Assembly: GCA_964487475.1 (NCBI GenBank)
Contig: CAZAPM010000006.1
Coordinates: 21,702 to 85,701, forward strand
Length of the DNA stretch: 64,000 bases
Direction: 5' to 3'
DNA from: an uncultured Planctomycetales bacterium
Lineage (GTDB): Bacteria > Omnitrophota > Gorgyraeia > Gygaellales > Profunditerraquicolaceae
Shown: positions 17,863-27,010 of the stretch, piece by piece
How the letters are laid out: every line of letters starts with the position of its first letter
Numbering within the stretch: position 1 is the first letter of the stretch
Made by a program: the position numbers and the translations under genes
The notes under the pieces: generated by a model
The model's database searches: none
Seen by the model: only the letters and a program-made list of their open reading frames with translations
Told to the model about the DNA's origin: nothing

Positions 17863-18930
17863 CTATATTACCTTTTCTATGATACCGCCCCCTACCACTA
17901 TGTCCTGGCGGTAGAAGACTGCGGATTGACCGGGAGTAACGGCAAACTGCGGGGTTTTGAATATGACCTTGAGCGAACCTTTCCCAGGGACAACCTCGGC
18001 AGGTGCTTGGGGGTGATTATACCGTATCTTGACATCCAGGGCAACCTTCTTTTTGAACGGCTCCCCGGAAAAATGCACCTGCGAGACCAGGCACTCCCTG
18101 GAACTCGCCTGCTCCCGCGTGCCGACGACCACCGTATGAGAGGCGGCATCCAGGGAAACCACGTATGCGGGTTTTCCCAGCGCCACTCCCAGGCCCTCAC
18201 GCTGGCCGATGGTATAAAAAGCCACCCCCTGGTGCCGGCCGACGATTCTGCCCTCCACCGTCCGGATCGGCCCGGGTGCCGCCTTGTACCCCCTGCGGCG
18301 GAGGAATGAGCGGTAGTCATTGTCCGGAAGGAAACATATCTCCTGGCTGTCGGGCTTCTCCGCCACCGGCAGATGCAGGCTTCTCGCCAGCTCCCGGATC
18401 CGGGATTTGGTGAATGCGCCGATAGGGAACATCAGCCGGGAAAGCTCCTTCTGGCCCGCCCGGTAGATAAAATAGGACTGGTCCTTGCGCGGGTCTTTTC
18501 CCCGGGCCAGGAAACGGTTTGTGGTGCGGCGCACGATGCGGGCGTAATGGCCGGTCGCCAGGTGCGTGGCGCCGATCGCCTGCGCCTTGGCCAGCAGGGC
18601 CTCGAACTTGACGAACTGGTTGCAGCGCACGCAGGGATTGGGAGTGCGGCCCAGGGAGTATTCGGAGAGGAAATCCGCGATCACCTTGTCGTTTAAGTGC
18701 CGCTGCATGTTCAGCACATAGTGCCTGATCCCCAGGGCGGAGGCGACCCGGCGCGCATCCTCGATCGCCTGCACTCCGCAGCAGCTCGGATGCGCCCCCT
18801 CTCCATCGGAAAGATTAAAGCACATGGTCAGTCCGACCACTTCGAATTTTTTTTGCACCAGGAGCGCCGCGGCCACGGAGGAATCCACCCCTCCGCTCAT
18901 GGCCACCGCCACTCGGCGGGGTCTTTTCAT
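17863..18930 (-). CDS. mnmA: tRNA-specific 2-thiouridylase
   Basis: SGGVDSS PP-loop, NPCVRCN, and catalytic QEICF. Confidence 0.85.
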   Translation of the reverse strand: MKRPRRVAVAMSGGVDSSVAAALLVQKKFEVVGLTMCFNLSDGEGAHPSCCGVQAIEDARRVASALGIRHYVLNMQRHLNDKVIADFLSEYSLGRTPNPCVRCNQFVKFEALLAKAQAIGATHLATGHYARIVRRTTNRFLARGKDPRKDQSYFIYRAGQKELSRLMFPIGAFTKSRIRELARSLHLPVAEKPDSQEICFLPDNDYRSFLRRRGYKAAPGPIRTVEGRIVGRHQGVAFYTIGQREGLGVALGKPAYVVSLDAASHTVVVGTREQASSRECLVSQVHFSGEPFKKKVALDVKIRYNHPQAPAEVVPGKGSLKVIFKTPQFAVTPGQSAVFYRQDIVVGGGIIEKVI

Positions 18931-18948
18931 GCGGGTATTATACCAGCC

Positions 18949-20112
18949 TTACAGGTAATTTACCACCACCAGCTTGCCGCACTTCCTGATCTTTTCCGCA
19001 AGCAAAGGCACCACATCGAGGCGCGGCAGGATACCCAGCTCCTTGAACAGGATGGATTCATTGGCCGGATTAGGGGCGCGCCCCACCCAGAAGACGATAT
19101 GGTCCGCTTCCCGGATCATCTCGCAGAACCGGCTGACCCCCGAATCCGGCTGGTAGTTGCGCGGGTCCTCGTCGAAGATGTTGCAGACGCGGTTCAAGGT
19201 AAAAGCCCCCTCGGTGACAAGATCCACGCCATTGATGTAATACCTCGGGGGCTCAAAATAGTTTCCCAGCTCCTCCTGCACCTGCATGGAGATACCCAGC
19301 GACCGCGAGACGATCTCGGCGGTAGTGGACCCGCAGATGATCTTCGGGCCCTCCAGGTCCATGAACTCCTGCACCACGGCGCGGTCATGGTGCGGGGAAA
19401 GGGGCGGCCCGCTCAGGATAGTGAGGGGCTTTCCCGGACGGCTGGTGATAAGGCAGGCCGTGGCATCGTCATGGAACACGCCCTGCGAATACTCGCCCGC
19501 CTGGGCCAGCACGTACTCCGGCACGTCCCGCATGGCGCGCGATTCGGCGATGCACTTGTTGACAAAATCCCTCACCCCTTCGCTCGTCCAGCCCAGGCGC
19601 AGGGTCTGGCCCATGCCCGCCTGGGATATCCCGTCGGAAAAAAGCAGCAGGTGCTGCTGATGGTGCAGTGTCAGGTGCGCCTGGCCCAGCACTTCCCCTC
19701 CCAGGGTGAAAAAATGCTGCGGCAGGATACAGGCGCGCGAATCCTGGATCGCCACCGGCGCGGGCATCTCATAGGTCAGGACCGAAGCGCTGCCGTCGTT
19801 CAGCACCCGGACCAGGCAGAACGCGGAAAAAGGGATATCCTCGGTGCGGGCCTGGTGCATGGTCTGCATCAGGCTTTCGCACGTCTTCATCAGGGATACG
19901 CCGCGGCGCATGAGCTCCATCATCCGGGAGGCGCATAAGGTCGCGGCGACATGCGCCTTGATCCCGCTGCCCAGCCCGTCGCAAAGGAGCACGGTGGTAG
20001 CCTCGGGGGTGCGCTCCGTGACCGCCAGGTCGCCGCACACGGAATGCTCCCCCTTAGCCGCCTGCGCCATGGCGACGTCAATATGGGTATAGCCTTTCTG
20101 CACGGAGTTCAT
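18949..20112 (-). CDS. PP2C/SpoIIE-type serine/threonine phosphatase with an uncharacterized C-terminal domain
   Basis: GDL ... DGLGSG ... FSDG PP2C motifs. ATG at 20112 overlaps the hydS stop (ATGA). Confidence 0.65.
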   Translation of the reverse strand: MNSVQKGYTHIDVAMAQAAKGEHSVCGDLAVTERTPEATTVLLCDGLGSGIKAHVAATLCASRMMELMRRGVSLMKTCESLMQTMHQARTEDIPFSAFCLVRVLNDGSASVLTYEMPAPVAIQDSRACILPQHFFTLGGEVLGQAHLTLHHQQHLLLFSDGISQAGMGQTLRLGWTSEGVRDFVNKCIAESRAMRDVPEYVLAQAGEYSQGVFHDDATACLITSRPGKPLTILSGPPLSPHHDRAVVQEFMDLEGPKIICGSTTAEIVSRSLGISMQVQEELGNYFEPPRYYINGVDLVTEGAFTLNRVCNIFDEDPRNYQPDSGVSRFCEMIREADHIVFWVGRAPNPANESILFKELGILPRLDVVPLLAEKIRKCGKLVVVNYL

Positions 20113-21857
20113 CACTGCTTCTCCTGCTGGCTGATGAGCTTGTTGATCAGCTCTTCGGAACGGGCGGTGCTCTCCCCCAGGAACTGCGCCAGTTTCTGCG
20201 CCATCCCGATCTGATGGCGCAGCAGGTCCTTGGCCTGCGCCTGGGTCTCCTCCTTCAGCTTCGCCAGCTGGGCCTGATTGTTCTGGTACTTCGTGACGTC
20301 GACGAAGATCCCCACGAAATGCCGGTCGTCGCGCATGGCGTACATCTGCTGGTGGCACACCAGATTATAGGACGCGTGGCGCACGGTTTCCTCCAGCTGG
20401 TCCACCGTGCCGGCAGCCAGCTTCTCGAAGGGCGCCGGGTCCATCAGACAGGAAACGTGCTTGCCGATCAGGGCATCGGAACAGACGAAGAACCTGCGGA
20501 ACGAAGGGTTCATGCTCATGATATGCAGCCCCTCGTCGAGGGTCACGATCCCGTTCGGGCTGGTCTCGATGATACGGTCGGTGCGCCGCTCCGCCAGCCG
20601 GCGCATGTACGGCATGCACATGGAAACCTCCGCCATGCCCCGCACCACGGCCTGAGCCTTTTCCCGGCAGGTCGCGTACCCGCACGCTCCGCAGTTAAGC
20701 TCGTCCTCTGCCGCATATTTGCCCGTGCGCGCGAGGACCTGCGCGATCTCCTCCGGAGCGACCTCGCGCAGCGCTTCGGGCGCGGCGGCATACTGCGCCC
20801 GCAGCTGCGGCATGGTCAGCGCGCCCTCCGTCACGGCAGGAGCCTCGGCGGCGGAAAAGCTGCGGGAGTGCACGTACTCCAGAAGCTTGCCCTTGCGCTC
20901 GAAGACGTTCGTCCCGGAAGGGACTCCCGGCCCGTTGATACACCCCTGGGAGCAGAACAGCGGCTCGACCAGCGAGAACGCCTCTCCGGAACCCCGGCGC
21001 GCGACCTCGTCCAGGGCCTCCTTGACCTCCTGCGGCCCGCTGACGTGCGTCAGCTCGCGATGCATTCCTCCGTGGTCAAGGTGCGCCGCCTTCAAAAGCC
21101 CTCCGGGAAGCGCAAAGAACCTCGCCTCCGCAAGGGCATCTCCGTCAAAACCGCTCTCCTCGCAATTGGCCAGCACCACACCCCGCCTCGCGAACCACTC
21201 CTCCAGCTCCTGGAAGGTCAGCACCACCTCGACCAATCCCTTATACTCCGGCCGCTGGGCCTCGATCTTCTTGGCCACGCAGGGGCCGATAAACACCACC
21301 CGCGCATGCTGCCCCAGCCTCGCCTTGAGATATTTCGCATGGGCGATCATGGGAGAGACCACCTGCACCAGGGTGCCGGCCAGCTCGGGACGGTACCGCT
21401 CGACGTAATGCACCACCGCCGGACAGGCAGTGCACACCTGCGCCCGCGCGCCGGATGCCTGCGCCGCCTGTATGGTCGCCGACGCCACCTCACCCGCACC
21501 CCGGGCGGTCTCATGCACTTCGGCGAACCCCAGCGCCCTAAGCGCCGACGCGAGTCTAGAGCGCTGCCAGGGAGTGTACACCGCGGCATACGAAGGCGCG
21601 ACCGAAGCCGCCACCGGGACCTTCAGCTCGAGCAGATCCTGCGCCAGGTCGATATCCATACGGTAGGTCTTGGCCCCCTGCGGGCACTCCCGGATGCAGG
21701 TGCCGCAGCCGAGGCACAGGCGCTCATCCACATATGCCTGGCCCTCGCGCATGCGTATGGCCTTGACCGGGCAGACCCGCAGGCACCGGTAACAGTCACG
21801 GCACCGGGCGCTTAAGGTAAAGACCACCTGCCTGGGGTGCTGCAGCATCTCAGCCAT
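20112..21857 (-). CDS. hydS: Sensory [FeFe]-hydrogenase (HydS-type)
   Basis: N-terminal 2x[4Fe-4S]. The H-domain has variant motifs CTACPAV (vs TSCCPxW), GPCVAKKIE (vs MPCxxKxxE, Met to Gly) and EPLFCSQGCINGPG (vs ExMxCxxGC). An extra CGACGYATC cluster and a C-terminal PAS domain follow. Confidence 0.75.
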   Translation of the reverse strand: MAEMLQHPRQVVFTLSARCRDCYRCLRVCPVKAIRMREGQAYVDERLCLGCGTCIRECPQGAKTYRMDIDLAQDLLELKVPVAASVAPSYAAVYTPWQRSRLASALRALGFAEVHETARGAGEVASATIQAAQASGARAQVCTACPAVVHYVERYRPELAGTLVQVVSPMIAHAKYLKARLGQHARVVFIGPCVAKKIEAQRPEYKGLVEVVLTFQELEEWFARRGVVLANCEESGFDGDALAEARFFALPGGLLKAAHLDHGGMHRELTHVSGPQEVKEALDEVARRGSGEAFSLVEPLFCSQGCINGPGVPSGTNVFERKGKLLEYVHSRSFSAAEAPAVTEGALTMPQLRAQYAAAPEALREVAPEEIAQVLARTGKYAAEDELNCGACGYATCREKAQAVVRGMAEVSMCMPYMRRLAERRTDRIIETSPNGIVTLDEGLHIMSMNPSFRRFFVCSDALIGKHVSCLMDPAPFEKLAAGTVDQLEETVRHASYNLVCHQQMYAMRDDRHFVGIFVDVTKYQNNQAQLAKLKEETQAQAKDLLRHQIGMAQKLAQFLGESTARSEELINKLISQQEKQ

Positions 21858-23853
21858 TGCCCATCTCCTGCGTAAGCACTGCCGTTGCCTTCTCCAGGGT
21901 GCATTTTTCCAATACCTGGGAGTTGATCCTCACCACCGGCCCGCGGTCGCACTTCTCGAAACAGAACGACGCTTTGACCTCGACCGCGTCCTTCCACCCC
22001 TTCTCCGCGATGTGCGCGATCAGGGATCTGAAAAGCTTCTGCGCGCCCTTGAGGAAACACCCCGTGCCGAAACACACTTCCACTTCCATCTTCTTCACCT
22101 GGGGCTGCGCCAGGGTCAGCGCCTTTTTCACCACCCGGCGCCGGCTTTTATACCCGGTGTGCAGCAGTTCGTGCACCCGGTGGCCGGCGTGCCCCTTGAA
22201 CACGTTCTTATAAAGCTCCTGGACATACGGGTTCTCCTGCGCCTTGTGCAGCTGCAGCATCTTGTCGTTCTCGTAAAGCCCGCGCGTACGCTTCTGCCGC
22301 ACCCCCGGGTCCTTGTACACCGGCTGGCCGGCCCCGCCGATACATCCGCCCGGACAGGCCATGACCTCGATAAGGTCGAAGGCATAGATCCCTTTACGCA
22401 CCCCCTCGAGCACTTTCTTCGCGTTGGCCAGGCCGTGCGCGATCCCCAAGGTATACTCGCGCCCGTTGACCGCGAGGGTCGCCTGCCTGATCCCCTGCTC
22501 CCCGCGGACCATGGCGAACTCGTACGTATCCCGCGTATCCGCGGCCAGCTTCTCCGACACGTAGCGCAGCACCGCCTCGCTCACCCCGCCGGTGTTGCCG
22601 AAGATCACTCCGGCGCCGGTCTTGAAGCCGAAGGGCAGGTCGAAGGACTCCGGCTCGAGCTCCTCGAAACGCAGCCCCGCCTCCTCGATCATGCGCGCCA
22701 GTTCCTGCGTGGTGATGACGTGGTCCACATCGTAAAGCCCGTCCCGGGAGAACTCCTCCCGCTTGGCCTCGAACTTTTTCGCGGTGCAGGGCATCAGGGA
22801 GACCACGACCAGGTCCTCCCGCTTCACCTTCAGCGCCTCGGGCAAAAGCTCCTTGGCGAGCGACCCGAACATCTGCTGCGGAGAACGGCAGGTGGACACG
22901 TGCGGCAGGAAATCGGGATAATACTGCTCAACGAACTTCACCCACGCCGGGCAGCAGGAGGTCAGCAAAGGCAGGGGCGCGCGCTCCTTGATGCGCCCGA
23001 TAAACTCGTTGCCCTCTTCGATCACGGTCAAGTCCGCGGTAAAGGAAGTATCGAACACCTTGTCGAAGCCCATCGCCCGCAGCGCCGCCACGATCTGCCC
23101 GGTCGCCGAAACCCCGGGGGCCAGGCCGAAGAGCTCGCCGATCGCGACGCGCACGGCAGGCGCGATCTGCACTACCACGGTCTTCCCGGGATCGTCCAGC
23201 GCTTTCCAGACCTCCTCCACTTCGGAACGGGGGGTCAGGGCTCCGGTGGGACAGACCCGCGCGCACTGGCCGCAGTTGACGCACTCCACTTTATCCAGGT
23301 TCTTGCCGAAGGACGGCACCACCATGGACTGTGACCCGCGGTGGGCGAAATCGATGGCGCCCACTCCCTGCACCTCCTCGCACATGCGCACGCAATCGCC
23401 GCAGAGCACGCACTTGTTCGGGTCGCGCACGAGAGAGCGGCTGGAGCAATCCACCGCACGCGCCGGGGCCTGGGACTTGAAGCGCACCTTCTTGACCCCC
23501 AGGCGGCGGGCCAGGTTCTGCAGCTGGCAGGTCGAGCTCTTGGCGCAGGTAGGGCACGCCTGCTCATGGGATGCCAGCAATAGCTCCACGATGATCCTGC
23601 GCATGCTGCGGATCTCCTCGGTATTGGTCCTCACCTTCATCCCCGCTTCGGCGATGGTGGAACACGACGGCACCAGCCCTTTGCCCTCGATATCCACCAT
23701 GCACAGACGGCAGGCGCCGTACACAGAGAGCTCCGAATGGTAGCAGAACGTCGGCAGCTCGATCTTCGCCTTGCGGATCACCTCCAGCAGATTGCGCTCC
23801 CCGTTCAGGGGAAGCTCTTTGTTATCTATGGTAATGTGCGCCGTGGTCTTCAT
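21850..23853 (-). CDS. hydA: [FeFe]-hydrogenase catalytic subunit HydA2 with fused C-terminal thioredoxin-like [2Fe-2S] domain
   Basis: TSCCPAW, MPCTAKKFE and EVMACPGGCIGGAGQP. C-terminal extension with CFGTGCFLKG ... CFEKC. Confidence 0.9.
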   Translation of the reverse strand: MKTTAHITIDNKELPLNGERNLLEVIRKAKIELPTFCYHSELSVYGACRLCMVDIEGKGLVPSCSTIAEAGMKVRTNTEEIRSMRRIIVELLLASHEQACPTCAKSSTCQLQNLARRLGVKKVRFKSQAPARAVDCSSRSLVRDPNKCVLCGDCVRMCEEVQGVGAIDFAHRGSQSMVVPSFGKNLDKVECVNCGQCARVCPTGALTPRSEVEEVWKALDDPGKTVVVQIAPAVRVAIGELFGLAPGVSATGQIVAALRAMGFDKVFDTSFTADLTVIEEGNEFIGRIKERAPLPLLTSCCPAWVKFVEQYYPDFLPHVSTCRSPQQMFGSLAKELLPEALKVKREDLVVVSLMPCTAKKFEAKREEFSRDGLYDVDHVITTQELARMIEEAGLRFEELEPESFDLPFGFKTGAGVIFGNTGGVSEAVLRYVSEKLAADTRDTYEFAMVRGEQGIRQATLAVNGREYTLGIAHGLANAKKVLEGVRKGIYAFDLIEVMACPGGCIGGAGQPVYKDPGVRQKRTRGLYENDKMLQLHKAQENPYVQELYKNVFKGHAGHRVHELLHTGYKSRRRVVKKALTLAQPQVKKMEVEVCFGTGCFLKGAQKLFRSLIAHIAEKGWKDAVEVKASFCFEKCDRGPVVRINSQVLEKCTLEKATAVLTQEMGNG

Positions 23854-25749
23854 CTATGCCCCCCTGGTGATCGCCTTGAATTTGCATGTAGTGACGCACG
23901 CGCCGCATTTGACGCAGGCGGCCGCATCGATGCGGTGCGGCTTTCCCTTCTCCCCGCTGATCGCGCCGGCAGGACAGGCGCGGCCGCATAACGTACATCC
24001 CTTGCACAACGCCTCCGCGATCGCATACTTCGCGAGGGCCTTGCACCTTCCGGCAGGGCAATGCTTATGCTCGACGTGCGCATCGTATTCTTCCCGGAAA
24101 TACTTGAGCGTCGCGAGCACGGGGTTGGGCGCGGTCTTTCCCAGCCCGCACAAGGACCCCTTCTGCACCGCCACCGCCAATGACCGCAGCACCTCGATCG
24201 TCTCCCTGGTCGCACGCCCTTCGATGATATCGTCCAGCAGCACCAGCATCTGCTTGGTGCCTTCCCGGCAGAGCACGCATTTTCCGCAGGACTCGTTCTG
24301 GGTGAACTGCATGAAAAACCGGGCGATACTGACCATACAGGTATCGCTGTTCATCACCACCAGCCCTCCCGACCCGACCATCGCCCCGGCTTTACGCAGA
24401 GAATCGAAATCCAGAGGAAGGTCAAGGTGGTCGGAGGTAAGACATCCTCCCGAAGGCCCTCCGATCTGCACCGCCTTGAAGGCTTTTTCGGCGATGGTCC
24501 CGTCGTCAGAGGTCACCCCTCCGGCGATCGAGAAGACCACCTCCCGCAGGGTCGTGCCGAAAGGCACTTCGATCAGCCCGGTATTGGCCACGTGGCCGGT
24601 AATGGCAAAGGTCTTGGTGCCGGGAGAATTGGCGGTCCCCTTCTTACGGAACTCCTCCACCCCTTCCCGCAGGATAAGGGGCACGGTAGCCAACGTCTCG
24701 ACGTTATTGATGACCGTGGGTTTGCCCCAAAGGCCGCTTTGCGCCGGGAACGGAGGCTTCGGCGAAGGCATGCCGCGCTTCCCCTCAACGGAGGCGATCA
24801 GCGCCGTTTCCTCGCCGCAGACGAACGCCCCTGCTCCCTCCATCACCTGCACGGAGAACGCCTGCTCCGTACCGAAGACATTCTTCCCCAGCACGCCCAT
24901 CTCCTGCGCATCCTTAACCGCCTTGCGCATGCGACGCACCGCCAAGGGATACTCGGTACGCACGTAGACCACGCCTTCGTCCGCGCCGATGGCCCGGGCG
25001 GCGATAAGCATCCCCTCGAGCACGCTGTGCGGATTGCCCTCCATGACGCTGCGGTCCATGAACGCGCCCGGATCCCCTTCATCCCCGTTGCAAATGACGT
25101 ATTTTTTTGTGCCCGGCTGCACCCGGGTGATATCCCATTTCTTCCCCGCGGGGAATCCGCCGCCTCCCCGCCCGCGCAGTCCGGACGCGCTGATCAGATC
25201 GCAGATATCCTTGGCCGACATCTCCCGGTACGCCTTCGCAGCCGCCGCATACCCGCCTTTGTGCACGTATTCGCGGATATCCTCGGGATCGATGAGCCCG
25301 CACTCCTTGAGCACATAACGGTGCTGCTTTTTATAAAAGGGTATTTCCTGCGGCCCGGCGCACGCCTGGCGGGTGGATGGCTCGAGATACAGCAGCCGCG
25401 TGACCAGCTCGCCTTTGACCAGGGTCGTGTCGATGATCTCATCCACATCCCCGGCTTTGACCTTGGTATACAGGATATTCTCGGGAAGGATGGTCACCAG
25501 CGGGCCCATCTGGCAGAACCCCTGACAGCCGCTCTTCGAAACGTACGCGCCCCGGGACTCCTCCTTCAGCTCGACGCAGAAAGGCAACCCCTTTTCCTTA
25601 AGCCTCCGGATAAGGGTGTCGTATACTTTCAGGGAGCCGCCGGCCACGCACCCCGTGCCGGCGCATACCACTACCCGGCGGGTGCAGGCATGCAGCGCGG
25701 CGTGCACCTCCCGGGCGATCCCGGGGATATCAAGCGACTCGGGCTTCAT
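23854..25749 (-). CDS. hydB: NADH-binding subunit HydB2 (NuoF-like with N-terminal Cys4 thioredoxin-like domain)
   Basis: N-terminal CAGTGC ... CQGFC. NuoF core (GGGGFPAG). C-terminal 2x[4Fe-4S]. Confidence 0.85.
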   Translation of the reverse strand: MKPESLDIPGIAREVHAALHACTRRVVVCAGTGCVAGGSLKVYDTLIRRLKEKGLPFCVELKEESRGAYVSKSGCQGFCQMGPLVTILPENILYTKVKAGDVDEIIDTTLVKGELVTRLLYLEPSTRQACAGPQEIPFYKKQHRYVLKECGLIDPEDIREYVHKGGYAAAAKAYREMSAKDICDLISASGLRGRGGGGFPAGKKWDITRVQPGTKKYVICNGDEGDPGAFMDRSVMEGNPHSVLEGMLIAARAIGADEGVVYVRTEYPLAVRRMRKAVKDAQEMGVLGKNVFGTEQAFSVQVMEGAGAFVCGEETALIASVEGKRGMPSPKPPFPAQSGLWGKPTVINNVETLATVPLILREGVEEFRKKGTANSPGTKTFAITGHVANTGLIEVPFGTTLREVVFSIAGGVTSDDGTIAEKAFKAVQIGGPSGGCLTSDHLDLPLDFDSLRKAGAMVGSGGLVVMNSDTCMVSIARFFMQFTQNESCGKCVLCREGTKQMLVLLDDIIEGRATRETIEVLRSLAVAVQKGSLCGLGKTAPNPVLATLKYFREEYDAHVEHKHCPAGRCKALAKYAIAEALCKGCTLCGRACPAGAISGEKGKPHRIDAAACVKCGACVTTCKFKAITRGA

Positions 25750-26236
25750 CTTCCTGCTCCTTCCTGATCACTTCGTCTATAAGCGCCGCGGCGAGCGCCG
25801 GGGTCATCTGCCCGTGGACCTCGTCGTTGAGCACCACTGCCGGGGCCAGGCCGCAGGCGCCCAGGCAGGAGACGGTCTCCAGGGTAAAAAGCATGTCCGG
25901 GGTCGTGGTCTGCCCGTCGGATAATCCCAGCTTGCGCTGCAGCGCGTCCAAAATGGCGGTGGACTTCTTCACATGGCAGGCCGTGCCGTCGCACACCCGG
26001 ATCACGTACTTGCCTTTGGGGGTCAGGGTGAAATGGGAGTAGAACGTGGCCACTCCGTAGACCTTCGCCGGAGAAAGCCCGAGGGAGGTCGCGATGAAAG
26101 TCAGGATCTCCTCCGGGAGATACCGGTACTCCTCCTGCACCGCCTGGAGGATGGGGATGAGCTTGGCCGGATCATGGTCATACCTGGCCAGGATCTCGCA
26201 GAGTTTATGGAATTTATGCAACGCGTCGTTTTTCAT
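25730..26236 (-). CDS. hydC: NuoE-like subunit HydC2
   Basis: CDGTAC ... CLGACGLAP motifs. 168 aa. Confidence 0.8.
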   Translation of the reverse strand: MKNDALHKFHKLCEILARYDHDPAKLIPILQAVQEEYRYLPEEILTFIATSLGLSPAKVYGVATFYSHFTLTPKGKYVIRVCDGTACHVKKSTAILDALQRKLGLSDGQTTTPDMLFTLETVSCLGACGLAPAVVLNDEVHGQMTPALAAALIDEVIRKEQEDEARVA

Positions 26237-26247
26237 CGGTATACCCC

Positions 26248-26919
26248 TTATTTCATCCCGGTCTTCAGCGCCGTGCTCAGGCGCTTCGAGAGCACTGCCA
26301 GGGAAGATGCCAGATTCTCGTGCTGTACGATCACCCCTTCCCGCACGCTGATGCGGTAAGGGGAAAAATTCCAGATCCCCTTGATCCCGGCGGCGATCAT
26401 GGTGTCCGCCACGGCCTGGGCCTGGGCGGAGGGGACGGTCAGGATGCCGATCTTCACTTTCATGCGGCGGGTGAGGTCTTCCAGTTTCGCCAGGTCGAAG
26501 ATCTTCTTCCCGTGGAACTCCCGGCCGATCTTTCTTTTATCCACGTCGAAGGCGGCCACGATGTTAAGGCCGTAATCCTTGAACCCCTGATATCCCAGGA
26601 GCGCCAATCCGAGGTTCCCGGCGCCGATCAGGAAGGCGTCGGCGGCGTTATCCCACCCCAGGAAATTCTCGATAGCCTTGATCAGGACGTCCGTCTGGTA
26701 CCCCACCTTGGGCTTGCCCGCCACGCCCGTGACCTCCAGGTCCTTGCGCACCTGGATGGGAGTAAGCCCCAGGGCTTCCGCGATCTGCGTGCAGGAGACG
26801 ACGTTCTTTTCCTCCGCCAGGATATTCTTGAGGTACTGGTTGTAGATCGGCAGCCGGCGCAGGCTCGGTTCCGGCACTCCCTTGAAAACCTCCTGGTTAT
26901 CCATCGCGCTTACCGTCAT
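26248..26919 (-). CDS. rex: Redox-sensing transcriptional repressor Rex
   Basis: N-terminal winged helix plus Rossmann GAGNLG. Lies 11 bp upstream of hydC2. Confidence 0.85.
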   Translation of the reverse strand: MTVSAMDNQEVFKGVPEPSLRRLPIYNQYLKNILAEEKNVVSCTQIAEALGLTPIQVRKDLEVTGVAGKPKVGYQTDVLIKAIENFLGWDNAADAFLIGAGNLGLALLGYQGFKDYGLNIVAAFDVDKRKIGREFHGKKIFDLAKLEDLTRRMKVKIGILTVPSAQAQAVADTMIAAGIKGIWNFSPYRISVREGVIVQHENLASSLAVLSKRLSTALKTGMK

Positions 26920-26970
26920 CCCCGCCTCCTTGTAAAGAGAACTCGCAATCGGTATATTTTTATCAATAAA

Positions 26971-26999
26971 AGTATATCGATATAATTTTATCTTGTCAA
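26971..26999 (-). promoter_or_regulatory. Promoter of the rex-hydC2B2A2-hydS operon
   Basis: Minus-strand TTGACA - 17 bp - TATACT, overlapped by the 12-bp palindrome TATATCGATATA (26973-26984). Confidence 0.45.
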
Positions 27000-27010
27000 G
27001 GCAAAATTTT

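Noticed and set aside
16230-17882. 550-aa plus-strand ORF
   Set aside because: It is antisense to rluA and nadA. It has low-complexity Arg/Gly/Pro-rich composition typical of high-GC shadow frames, and no recognisable domains.
18697-19938. 413-aa plus-strand ORF
   Set aside because: It is antisense to the mnmA and PP2C genes. It is a shadow ORF.
20214-25767. Several 440-533 aa plus-strand ORFs (20214..21815, 22012..23334, 24427..25767)
   Set aside because: They lie opposite well-supported hydS, hydA2 and hydB2 genes. Their composition is dominated by R/G/P/H/L codons from GC-rich antisense.
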